IMG/VR virus record: IMGVR_UViG_3300025534_000213
Coordinates: 65,576 to 129,575 of that record
From: a virus
Direction: 5' to 3' (one strand)
Length of the DNA stretch: 64,000 nt
Shown: positions 28,819-37,014 of the stretch, one piece after another
How positions within the stretch are numbered: the first letter of the stretch is position 1
Layout: the number at the start of each line of letters is the position of its first letter
Program-made: the position numbers and the translations under genes
Notes under the pieces: model-generated
What the model saw: the letters and a program-made list of their open reading frames with translations, nothing else
Database searches by the model: none
Told to the model about the DNA's origin: nothing

Positions 28819-29625
28819 TCATTGACCGGAGTACCAGAGCCGGAACTGCACTAACTGGCTATCGGACCAGTGACCGTATAGCGGGAACTCATGTTCCGCG
28901 AGCCACGCCTCGACCTGCTCGGTGAGATCACGGCCGTGACGATGCCATTCCATCCTGCCATCAGGGAGGATGACAGACGGACCGTCCTCGCGGTGTAATT
29001 GGCCGTTCAGATACCATCCCTGTGAGCCATCAGGCTTGATGACGGCGGGGCCGTCCTCGCGGTGTGGTTCGCCGCCCAGATACCATCTCCGTGTACCATC
29101 AGCACAGATGACCGCAGGTCCCCCATCGCGGTGCAGCTTGCCACTCAGGTACCATGCCTGCGTGCCATCAGCATCGATGGCGGCAGGTCCGTCCTCACGG
29201 TGCAGTTTGCCGTGAACCCGCCATTCTTGCGAGCCATCTGCCAAGATGGCCGCAGGACCGTCATTGCGGTGCAATTGACCGTTCAAATACCACGCCTTTT
29301 CTCCGTTCGAGAGGATGAGCGCAGGACCCTCCACGCGGTGTACCAAGCCATTCAAGTACCATCTCTGTGAGCCATCGGGCTCGATGATGGCGGGTCCGTC
29401 CTCGCGGTGTAATTGGCCGTTCAGATACCATTTCAGTGTGCCGTCCGCACAGATGACCGCAGGGCCACCCACACGGTGCCGTAAGCCATTCAGATACCAT
29501 ATCCGCGTGCCATCTGCGCGAATGACAGTAGGAGCGTCCTCGCTTTGCAACTGACCGCTCACGCGCCACTTCCTTGCGCCATCCGGGAGGCAGATGGAAT
29601 GGTGTTCGATGAGAGCGTGCGTCAT
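28819..29625 (-). CDS. HREDGPA (MORN-variant-like) 22-aa repeat protein, paralogue A (about 9 repeats)
   Basis: Repeated LHREDGPA.I..DG...WYLNG; conserved C-terminal module. Confidence 0.85.
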   Translation of the reverse strand: MTHALIEHHSICLPDGARKWRVSGQLQSEDAPTVIRADGTRIWYLNGLRHRVGGPAVICADGTLKWYLNGQLHREDGPAIIEPDGSQRWYLNGLVHRVEGPALILSNGEKAWYLNGQLHRNDGPAAILADGSQEWRVHGKLHREDGPAAIDADGTQAWYLSGKLHRDGGPAVICADGTRRWYLGGEPHREDGPAVIKPDGSQGWYLNGQLHREDGPSVILPDGRMEWHRHGRDLTEQVEAWLAEHEFPLYGHWSDSQLVQFRLWYSGQ

Positions 29626-30152
29626 TGGCCGGAATACCAGATCAGAAATTCTACAAGCTGGGCGTCAGACCAGCGACCAAATGGCGGAAACTCGTGTTCC
29701 TTAAGCCACGCCTCGACCTGCTCAGTGAGACGCCGACCACGGCGGTGCCATTCCATCGTACCATCCGGGTGGACGACCGCAGGTCCATCCTCGCGGTGTA
29801 GCTTTCCGTGGACCCACCAAGCCTGTGCGCCGTTAGCGAAAATGACGGCAGGACCGTCCTCTCGGTGCCGAACGCCCTTTGACCACCATTCCTGCGTCCC
29901 ATCCTTACGGATGACCGCAGGCCCATCCTCTCGATGCTGAAAGCCGTTCATCCACCATTCCAACTTGCCGTTAGGGTGGATGACAGCAGGGCCGCCTACG
30001 CGGTGTCGCTTCCCTTTGACATGCCAAATCCGAGCGCCGTCCGCGCGAATGATGGCAGACTCATCTTCGCGGTGCTGAATGCCGTTTGTCGGCCAATCTT
30101 GTCTACCATCTGGGGGACAGGTAGGACCGTGATCAATGAGAGCGCGCGTCAT
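29622..30152 (-). CDS. HREDGPA repeat protein, paralogue B (about 5 repeats)
   Basis: Same repeat and C-terminal module; ATGA-coupled. Confidence 0.85.
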   Translation of the reverse strand: MTRALIDHGPTCPPDGRQDWPTNGIQHREDESAIIRADGARIWHVKGKRHRVGGPAVIHPNGKLEWWMNGFQHREDGPAVIRKDGTQEWWSKGVRHREDGPAVIFANGAQAWWVHGKLHREDGPAVVHPDGTMEWHRRGRRLTEQVEAWLKEHEFPPFGRWSDAQLVEFLIWYSGQ

Positions 30153-30826
30153 TGACTCGAATACCAGATCAGAAATTCCACAAGCTGGGCGTCAGACCAG
30201 TGGCCGCACGGCGGGAATTCATGTTCCCTGATCCACGCCTCGACCCGCTTGGTAAGCGGCCGATCATGGCGGTACCATTCCATCATGCCGTTCGGGAAAA
30301 TGATCGAAGGCCCATCGTCACGGTGTTGCAGGTTATGTTGTATCCATATCCGCAATCCGTCGGCTTGAATGATCGCAGGTCCATCCTCGCGGTGGAACTC
30401 ACCGTTCACGTGCCATTCTTGTGTGCCATCGGCATCAATGACGGCAGGCCCATCCACGCGGTGCAATTGGCCGTTCATCCACCATTGTTGCGTGCCATCA
30501 GGCTCAATGACGGAGGGTCCGTCCTCTCGATGTAACTGACCGCCCTGATACCATTTCTGTGGGCCGTCTGGCCTGATCGAGGCAGAGCCATCCTCGTCGT
30601 GCAGATTGCCATCTGCCCGCCAGTCCCGCCGACCATCCGGGCATGTGCTCATCCCATCCTTTGCGAGGTCGCTGGCGGCTTCGTGGGGCGGCTTTCGCAT
30701 TTCGTCGTTCGCAACGGAGTGGCGATGCACAATCGGCATGGACTTTCCCTCACTCGGCCGAGGGCAACCGTCCGGGGTTGCCGTATCCGGCAGGCGGTTG
30801 TTCGCTTCGACAATGCGGGACTTCAT
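30149..30826 (-). CDS. HREDGPA repeat protein, paralogue C (about 5 repeats, longer N-terminus)
   Basis: Same repeat and C-terminal module; GAGGGG RBS before ATG 30826. Confidence 0.8.
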   Translation of the reverse strand: MKSRIVEANNRLPDTATPDGCPRPSEGKSMPIVHRHSVANDEMRKPPHEAASDLAKDGMSTCPDGRRDWRADGNLHDEDGSASIRPDGPQKWYQGGQLHREDGPSVIEPDGTQQWWMNGQLHRVDGPAVIDADGTQEWHVNGEFHREDGPAIIQADGLRIWIQHNLQHRDDGPSIIFPNGMMEWYRHDRPLTKRVEAWIREHEFPPCGHWSDAQLVEFLIWYSSQ

Positions 30827-30892
30827 CGCGGCACCCCTCGCTTCGGAGAGTGATACCAGAAAAAATGGTTCAAGCAAGGCATTTCGGTGGTT

Positions 30893-30969
30893 TGGAGGGT
30901 GCGAGCGGGATCGAACCGCCAACCTCAGGCTTATGAGACCTGCGCTCTGACCGGTTGAGCTACGCACCC
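30893..30969 (-). tRNA. tRNA-Met or Ile2 (CAT), not initiator type
   Basis: Cloverleaf, G1-C72 pair, U73, encoded CCA. Confidence 0.9.
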
Positions 30970-30976
30970 CGAGAAA

Positions 30977-31055
30977 GGCGGCCCCGGAGGGACTCGAACC
31001 CCCATTCGCATCCGATTACGGGTTGCCGGGTAGAAACCGGCGCCGATACGGGGCC
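30977..31055 (-). tRNA. Non-canonical tRNA-like gene, nominal anticodon TCT (Arg), no standard D-arm
   Basis: Acceptor GGCCCCG/CGGGGCC, T-arm GGGGG-TTCGAGT-CCCTC, arm GCCGG-TTTCTAC-CCGGC, only 7 nt between acceptor and anticodon arm. Confidence 0.75.
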
Positions 31056-31060
31056 AAGCA

Positions 31061-31137
31061 TGGCGGTCCCATGAGGATTCGAACCTCAAACCTCCGGCTC
31101 CGCAAGCCGACGCTCTATCCAGTTGAGCTATGGGACC
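31061..31137 (-). tRNA. tRNA-Arg(GCG)
   Basis: Cloverleaf, loop TTGCGGA, A20, encoded CCA. Confidence 0.93.
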
Positions 31138-31147
31138 AGAAAGGATG

Positions 31148-31221
31148 TGGATGCCCGAGTAGGATTCGAACCTACGTCTCAGGGGCCAAGACCCTGCGTT
31201 CTGCCGCTAAACTATCGGGCA
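31148..31221 (-). tRNA. tRNA-Gln(TTG) with C33
   Basis: U1-A72 pair, loop TCTTGGC, encoded CCA. Confidence 0.88.
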
Positions 31222-31236
31222 GCAGATGAGGGGTTT

Positions 31237-31314
31237 TGGGGTGAGCGACGAGACTCGAACTCGCGACCTTCGGTGTCACAAACCGACGCTCTGACCAACT
31301 GAGCTACGCTCACC
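31237..31314 (-). tRNA. tRNA-His(GTG) with G-1 and C73
   Basis: Cloverleaf, encoded CCA. Confidence 0.95.
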
Positions 31315-31334
31315 GTGGAGCGGTGGTGCTGGTA

Positions 31335-31408
31335 TGGACACAGGTGGACTCGAACCACCGACATGCGGTGTGTAAGACCGCTGTTCTACCGGGCTGAACT
31401 ATGTGTCC
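31335..31408 (-). tRNA. tRNA-Val(TAC), CCA not encoded directly
   Basis: Cloverleaf; after A73 the gene reads TACCA. Confidence 0.9.
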
Positions 31409-31422
31409 GCCAACCAGCGGGG

Positions 31423-31545
31423 TCAGATGCGGCGATGTCGCATTCGAGCGGCGACGACCACCCCGGTGGGTTGTCGTCGCATACGGAGGACGCGCTTCGA
31501 CGCGTCGTCAAGCGCAGCAGCGCAAGCCCTTCTCGCGTCGAACAT
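31423..31545 (-). CDS. Possible 40-aa Arg-rich peptide
   Basis: Strong GGAGG RBS; below the ORF-track cutoff. Confidence 0.4.
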   Translation of the reverse strand: MFDARRACAAALDDASKRVLRMRRQPTGVVVAARMRHRRI

Positions 31546-31585
31546 GGGTTGATCCTCCAAAATGGTGAATTCAGTGTACCACTAC

Positions 31586-32272
31586 CTATTTAACGTCGTC
31601 AAGTGATTTCCCGCCCGAAAGGTGCGAAAAATCCCGGAATACCCGGTGTGCGACCTGATCCTTGCCGCCGTGCTTGGCGCTGTACAGGAGGTCATCGACC
31701 ATGGCGAGCGCGGCGGAGGCATCATCGGGTGGCATCAGGAAGGTGACCACGCCAACCGATGCCGTCACCGGCCATCCGGCCGAGGTCATGCGCTTGGCGA
31801 TCTCGGCCCTGATCCGTTCGCCGACCACGGCCGCGTCAACACTGCCGCTGAGCAGCACGACGAATTCGTCGCCACCGATCCGGGCAGCCATGTCCTCCCG
31901 CCGCAGACTGGTGCTCAGCACCTCCGCCGCCTGCCGCAGCGCCCGGTCCCCGGCGGCATGGCCGTGGCGGTCATTGACCTGCTTGAACCCATCGAGGTCG
32001 ATGGCAATAAGCGAGAATGGTTCGGCGTGCCGCTTGCGGCGCGCGATGGCCCGCTCGATGGCGTCGATGATGGCAGGACGGTTGGCGATGCCGGTCAGGG
32101 CATCTGTCAGGGCCACACGGCGGATACGATCCAAGGCTCGGCGCATCTCCTCAATGGCTTCCGCCACCTGCTTGAGGGCGGGAGCGCACTCCGCACGTCT
32201 CGCAGCAAGTTCACGCAGGACATCAAGACTTTCGGCGCACCGCTTTTCGAGTGCATCGGGGGTGAAGGGCAT
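31586..32272 (-). CDS. Diguanylate cyclase (GGDEF domain with N-terminal coiled coil)
   Basis: TDALTGIANR, IDLDGFKQVNDRHGHAAGD, RRED I-site, GGDEF. Confidence 0.92.
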   Translation of the reverse strand: MPFTPDALEKRCAESLDVLRELAARRAECAPALKQVAEAIEEMRRALDRIRRVALTDALTGIANRPAIIDAIERAIARRKRHAEPFSLIAIDLDGFKQVNDRHGHAAGDRALRQAAEVLSTSLRREDMAARIGGDEFVVLLSGSVDAAVVGERIRAEIAKRMTSAGWPVTASVGVVTFLMPPDDASAALAMVDDLLYSAKHGGKDQVAHRVFRDFSHLSGGKSLDDVK

Positions 32273-32305
32273 GGTTGACGCACCAATCGCTTCGAGTATG
32301 CGCGC

Positions 32306-32333
32306 AACCTACCGAGGCACCATTATATGTCAA
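32306..32333 (-). promoter_or_regulatory. Sigma70-type (early) promoter of the DGC-tRNA unit
   Basis: TTGACA-16 nt-TAGGTT with GG before the -10 box. Confidence 0.65.
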
Positions 32334-32390
32334 TCGAATTAATTCGCTCGTCAGATCAGTCCGGCTCGAAAAGAAATTAGTCGTGGTCGT

Positions 32391-32999
32391 CTATATGGAC
32401 ACGCCGCAGCGCCGGAGATAGTCGTGGATGTGCTCCGATCCGGCGTCAAACGGCTTTTCGACCTCACGGAAATGCATGGAGAGGAGCGCCAGAGGCGGTC
32501 CAATTCGTACCGGGGCGCCGGGCATACGGAGGTCATAGGTCCCGGAACCCCCACTCCAGACCATGCCGAGCGAGACCTGCGTCTGCGGGCCATTCGCGCA
32601 TCCGATTTCGATACCGAGCTTGCTCGCCACCACCCGGCTGAGCGGGCAGTCGAACGCACGAGGCATCCCATCGCGGCGGGGAGGCCAGCATACATTCTCG
32701 AATACGATCAGGTCGGAGTACGAGATCGAGGCGAACCGGGCGCCACCGGCCGCGCAGGCACGCATGACGATATCGGCTACCCGGCGGCCAAGGGCCGCCC
32801 ATTCCTCCTGATGCTCGGCCCTGTAGCGGGCGTCCAATTCCCGGATGAAGATGTCGCTCATGTCCTGCGTGCGGCGCCACGCCACATAGCCCTCGGTCGT
32901 GAGCTTCTCGTACTCTGCGCGGGCCTCCGCCATCTCGGCGGCGATGGCATCCAAGGCCCGCGTGGCGGCAGCCAGCTTCTCAGTATCGACTTCGTTCAT
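32391..32999 (-). CDS. Hypothetical protein
   Basis: ATGA-coupled ORF. Confidence 0.75.
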   Translation of the reverse strand: MNEVDTEKLAAATRALDAIAAEMAEARAEYEKLTTEGYVAWRRTQDMSDIFIRELDARYRAEHQEEWAALGRRVADIVMRACAAGGARFASISYSDLIVFENVCWPPRRDGMPRAFDCPLSRVVASKLGIEIGCANGPQTQVSLGMVWSGGSGTYDLRMPGAPVRIGPPLALLSMHFREVEKPFDAGSEHIHDYLRRCGVSI

Positions 33000-33415
33000 G
33001 TATCAAGCCCCATTGCGCCCTCGATGGCGGGCACGATCATGAGGAGTTTGACGGCGGCCGTCTCGTCACTCGCCCGGACGACGAGATCAGCCCCCCAGTC
33101 CCCATCCCTGTAGTATGGCAGATGCGCCATCACCCCGGTGCCGCCATTCCCCACGTCGAAGATCACGGCAATCATGTCGAATCGCGGGTATACGGGTGAG
33201 TCGAAAACGGCGTTTTCCGTCGCCCACCGCATCCCGCAGCACTCGTTCGTGCCGGGTTCATGCTCGCGCTTATTGGCGAGCATCCAGAACACCCAGTGGA
33301 ACGGTGCGGTATGCTCGACACTGACCGGGAAATCCTCCTTAAAGCCTCGGATGAAACGATGACACTCCGTGATGCTGTGGAGGTCCCGCAGCACGCTTAT
33401 GTCCAGTTCCATCAC
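32996..33415 (-). CDS. Hypothetical protein, paralogue of 33412-33828
   Basis: DLVVRASDETAAVKLLMI C-terminal motif. Confidence 0.75.
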   Translation of the reverse strand: MMELDISVLRDLHSITECHRFIRGFKEDFPVSVEHTAPFHWVFWMLANKREHEPGTNECCGMRWATENAVFDSPVYPRFDMIAVIFDVGNGGTGVMAHLPYYRDGDWGADLVVRASDETAAVKLLMIVPAIEGAMGLDT

Positions 33416-33828
33416 TCATCCCCGGCCATGGCGGCAATGAGAGCATCCAGCAACAGGAGGAACTTGGCCGCCGCCGGTTCATCGGTGGCCCGAACCGTCA
33501 GGTCGAACTCCGAACCGAAATACTTCCAGACTGGCGCACACAGCATGATCACCTCGGAACCATCCCCCATATGGAAGGCGATGGACCGAATGGTTTGCGT
33601 GTGGGCGTCCGCTGCGGCGTGAAGCTTGGGCCATTTCTTGAACCAGTGAAACCCGAACGGTGTCGTGACCGAGTTTGCACGGGCCAAGACGGCGCGCTCA
33701 AAGAGATCATACATGCCGGGCGTCCTCTCAAGCCCGACCGGATGACTCCACGGGAAGTTGGCGCATGGGAAGGCGCTGCTGGGCGCGCCCGGCTCCTCGT
33801 CAGAGGAAAGGGTATCCAAGGATCGCAT
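33412..33828 (-). CDS. Hypothetical protein, paralogue of 32996-33415
   Basis: DLTVRATDEPAAAKFLLLL C-terminal motif. Confidence 0.7.
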   Translation of the reverse strand: MRSLDTLSSDEEPGAPSSAFPCANFPWSHPVGLERTPGMYDLFERAVLARANSVTTPFGFHWFKKWPKLHAAADAHTQTIRSIAFHMGDGSEVIMLCAPVWKYFGSEFDLTVRATDEPAAAKFLLLLDALIAAMAGDE

Positions 33829-34112
33829 CAGGACCCGCCCGGCTTCACCAACACCGGCAGGTCCGCAATGGCGAACTCCTCCGGCTCGATGGGTTTCTCG
33901 TAGAGGTGGTCCTCCGGGGTGACGAATTTGGCCTCCTCCTCGGAGAAAACCCACGACACTCCGGTCCGGAGCCAGAACCATGCCCGGAAATCAGCCGCCC
34001 TAAGCTTCTCCCACGCGGTCTCGGCGCTCTCGGCGGCGACCACGACGATGCCGGAGGAATAGTCCCTGAGGACCTCGTCCCCGCGCCAGACATAGACTTT
34101 CAAGTCGGCCAC
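33828..34112 (-). CDS. Hypothetical phage protein
   Basis: GGAGG RBS, GTG start; DYSSGIVVVAAES motif. Confidence 0.75.
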   Translation of the reverse strand: MADLKVYVWRGDEVLRDYSSGIVVVAAESAETAWEKLRAADFRAWFWLRTGVSWVFSEEEAKFVTPEDHLYEKPIEPEEFAIADLPVLVKPGGS

Positions 34113-34177
34113 CGCAGCCTCCTGAAATGACGTTCGGTTCACCATATTAACCCGGTTTGGCCGGATGGCAAGCTTGT

Positions 34178-34744
34178 TCAGGGCAGGAGGGCACCCGCTT
34201 CGAAATCGTAGATAAAATGAATGTATAATCCGTCCAGCATCCGGAAGGCGATCAGGTCGGCGTCGTCGTACAGGAGGAAGCAGTCGCCCCGGATGACCGT
34301 GCGGACGAAGGAGCTGATCTCGTTTGCGGCGAGGTTCGGGGGCTGTTTCGCCACCAGCAGATAGCGCATGGCGCGGGCCTTGGGGTTCTCGCGCAGGACT
34401 GCCTCGATCTCCGAGGCAAACCCCCACCCGTCCTTGACGGCGCGGCAAAGCCCGAGCAAGCGGCTGGTCACCGCATCATCCTCCTCGATCTGCCCATCGA
34501 CACGCACGGTGATCACCAGCCGCTCGATATCGACAATGCCGAGGTTGGGGTCGAGCGACATGGCGCGCAGCCTGTGGCTGCGGGCGGTCGCCAGCCTCCG
34601 AACCGGGAAGGGGAGGTCCTGCTTCTTGAAGGTCGAGTAGTCCTGCGCGTTGATGTATTTGCCGGTCTCGCGGCAGCGCAGCGCGTAGCAAACGCGCTCC
34701 TCCACGATCTCCGGTGGCGTCTTGCTGCTCATCGAAATGCTCAT
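34178..34744 (-). CDS. Hypothetical protein, family C-terminal motif
   Basis: FLLYDDADLIAFRML. Confidence 0.75.
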   Translation of the reverse strand: MSISMSSKTPPEIVEERVCYALRCRETGKYINAQDYSTFKKQDLPFPVRRLATARSHRLRAMSLDPNLGIVDIERLVITVRVDGQIEEDDAVTSRLLGLCRAVKDGWGFASEIEAVLRENPKARAMRYLLVAKQPPNLAANEISSFVRTVIRGDCFLLYDDADLIAFRMLDGLYIHFIYDFEAGALLP

Positions 34745-34981
34745 TCTCCAAAGGCCCGGCGATGGTAACAGACCCGGCCGAAAAAGTCATGTCCCGTGCG
34801 ACCGGCCATGGTTGACAGGTCCTCCCTTTGAGCGGATGTTTCGGACGTGGTCCATCCCGCACGACAGCCGGATGATGACCCCAAACCGCGTTCGTGCGCG
34901 TCCCGGCAAGGTCTCGGTCGGTGTCCACGACCGCGCTTTCGGATACTGCATTCGATACACAGGGAGCAGGGGAGTAGGACG

Positions 34982-35260
34982 ATGCGAACTGCCATCATCG
35001 CCGGACTGCTGGCGTTTGCCGCAGGCACGGCCTCAGCCGCGCCGGTCGGCCGGGTGCAGCTTGGCGTTCCCGACGCTGTGCAGGAGGTCCGCTCCTCATA
35101 CACGCGCGGCTACGTAACGCGGAGAGGGACCTATGTCGCGCCACATTACCGGACGGCCCCCGACCGCAGCCGGTTCAACAACTGGTCCACACGAGGGAAC
35201 ATCAACCCATACACTGGCCGGGTGGGGACGCAGACACCCTATGGGTACCGGAGGCGTTGA
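34982..35260 (+). CDS. Small secreted protein
   Basis: Signal peptide, then GTYVAPHYRT.PD....NNWST.GN.NPYTG..GT motif. Confidence 0.8.
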   Translation: MRTAIIAGLLAFAAGTASAAPVGRVQLGVPDAVQEVRSSYTRGYVTRRGTYVAPHYRTAPDRSRFNNWSTRGNINPYTGRVGTQTPYGYRRR

Positions 35261-35296
35261 AAAGAAAAGCCCCGCGCAAGGCGCGGGGTTTTTCTT
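35261..35296. terminator. Bidirectional terminator
   Basis: A-tract / GCCCCGCGC stem / T-tract between convergent genes. Confidence 0.8.
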
Positions 35297-35319
35297 GAGG
35301 CGGCTAGGCGGGACGGTTC

Positions 35320-36114
35320 TCACTCGTCTCCGTAGATTCGAAGCACGTCCTCGATGACCACGTGTCGCTCGACATCCTCGGCAGCAAATTCGCATACGGC
35401 GATGTGGCGGCTGCCGGTCATCTTGAGGCGCGAGACGAAGTCCTTGAGACCGTTGGCTTCAAAGCCACGGTCATGCTGGCGCAGGTCACCCGTCACGATC
35501 ATGCGGCTGTTCTCACCGATGCGGGTGAGCAGCATCTTCATCTGAGACGGGGTGGCATTCTGCATCTCGTCGGCGATGATGATCGCATTCTTGAGCGTAC
35601 GGCCACGCATATAAGCCAATGGCGCAATCTCGATCAGTTCTTCCTCGATCATCCGCTCAAGCACCCTGACACTGTAGTGCTCCTTGAACACGTCCATGAT
35701 CGGAATGACCCATGGCGCCATCTTGTCGATCAGGGTGCCCGGAAGGAAGCCGTGGGCTTCATCGACCGACACGGCGGGGCGAGTGATGATGATCTTCTTG
35801 CAGTTGCCCTTCTGGAACTCGCTGATGGCGAACTCGGTGGCGAGCATGGTCTTGCCAGTACCGGCCGGACCCATCGCGAACACGATGGACTTCGTCTCAT
35901 CGTTCAGCGTGTCGAGGTAGAGTTCCTGCGAAAGGTTGCGGGGGAGAAGTTCGGGGCGCTTGCCCTTTGAGGAGAAGGAGCCGTCGCGGCCTTCGGTGCG
36001 GCTGAATTCGACGACGTTGTCGGCATCAAATCGACTGTGGCGAGTTGGGCGGTTACGTTCTTCGCGGGGGTTCGGACGGTTAGCCCGCTTCGCGGGCTTG
36101 AGTTTACGAGCCAC
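35320..36114 (-). CDS. phoH: PhoH-family ATPase
   Basis: GPAGTGKT, ITRPAV, GFLPG, PLAYMRGRT, DEMQNAT, TGDLRQHD. Confidence 0.95.
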   Translation of the reverse strand: MARKLKPAKRANRPNPREERNRPTRHSRFDADNVVEFSRTEGRDGSFSSKGKRPELLPRNLSQELYLDTLNDETKSIVFAMGPAGTGKTMLATEFAISEFQKGNCKKIIITRPAVSVDEAHGFLPGTLIDKMAPWVIPIMDVFKEHYSVRVLERMIEEELIEIAPLAYMRGRTLKNAIIIADEMQNATPSQMKMLLTRIGENSRMIVTGDLRQHDRGFEANGLKDFVSRLKMTGSRHIAVCEFAAEDVERHVVIEDVLRIYGDE

Positions 36115-36160
36115 TGTTGGCCTCCGGTGAGGGTGGAGAGTTGTTTGAGCCGCTCACCGG

Positions 36161-36167
36161 TATTTAG
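36161..36167 (-). promoter_or_regulatory. Late promoter -10 element (CTAAATA)
   Basis: Upstream of phoH. Confidence 0.6.
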
Positions 36168-36230
36168 CGGGTGACCCGATATAGCATTTGGTCCGACTTT
36201 AGTCGGGCCGCTCGCATGATAAATGGGAGT

Positions 36231-36428
36231 TTAGGTGAGAATGCGGTTCCTGATGGCCTCGATGACTTTCGCCGGATTCGCCTTGCCCTTCGTCACCTTC
36301 ATGACCTGCCCGACGAGGTAGCCTTCAATCCGGCTCTCATGCATGTTGCGGAGTATCTCAGCATTTTCCAGCATCACGGCGTCAAGCACGCGCTCCACGT
36401 TCACCGGACGAAACGCCTGTTGCATCAT
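36231..36428 (-). CDS. Stand-alone GatB/YqeY tail-like mini protein
   Basis: GYLVGQVMKVTKGKANP matches the GatB C-terminal motif. Confidence 0.75.
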   Translation of the reverse strand: MMQQAFRPVNVERVLDAVMLENAEILRNMHESRIEGYLVGQVMKVTKGKANPAKVIEAIRNRILT

Positions 36429-36994
36429 CCCAGCATCTCCACGATGTCATGCCAGTCGCGCACGCGGGTCACAGCGGGATGCTCATGCCCTTCGTTATAG
36501 CCACGCGAGATGAGGAAGCTGCGGTGGCCGTAGGAGGCACCGACAACCGCATTGCTGAAGTTGTCCTCCACCCAGATCGCCGGGCTGTAGCGCGCGAGGA
36601 AGGCGCTTTTGTCACCATGTTCGCCCGTGCAATGCACCGCCTCGAAGCGGAAGCCGAATGCGCGGGCGAGGTTGTCGGCGCGGACCTGCTCGATCTCGGG
36701 ATCATCGCCGCAGGCGGTGATCGCAACGAAACGGTAACCCTTGGCGTAGAGGATGGGCAGGTGGATCGCCGCGCATTCCTCGGGTGCAAGGTTGCGGAAA
36801 GCCGGAGACTTCCAGAAGTCCCGCACCAGCGCATTCCCCTCCTCGCGCGTGGTGTCGAAGGCGGTGCAGACGTAGAAATGATTGCGCAAAGGGTGCTTAG
36901 GCGGGCGGCCGAGGCGCTCCGCGCAATACGCTTCCAAAGCATCGCCGCAGCGCAGGACGGTTTCGTCGATATCGGTCAGGATAAGGCGTGTCAT
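36425..36994 (-). CDS. HAD-family 5'(3')-nucleotidase-like hydrolase
   Basis: ILTDIDET motif I, AITA motif II, WVEDN motif IV. Confidence 0.8.
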   Translation of the reverse strand: MTRLILTDIDETVLRCGDALEAYCAERLGRPPKHPLRNHFYVCTAFDTTREEGNALVRDFWKSPAFRNLAPEECAAIHLPILYAKGYRFVAITACGDDPEIEQVRADNLARAFGFRFEAVHCTGEHGDKSAFLARYSPAIWVEDNFSNAVVGASYGHRSFLISRGYNEGHEHPAVTRVRDWHDIVEMLG

Positions 36995-37014
36995 AATCGG
37001 GCTTTCTGAAATCG

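Noticed and set aside
28819-30826. Diversity-generating retroelement or CRISPR array behind the repeats
   Set aside because: The repeats are in-frame coding units without spacers, differences between paralogue 3' ends are not adenine-specific, and there is no reverse transcriptase or cas gene in the window.
30977-31055. Reading the odd tRNA as an amber suppressor (CTA in loop TTTCTAC)
   Set aside because: With the GCCGG/CCGGC stem, the anticodon position is TCT; CTA is shifted by one nucleotide.
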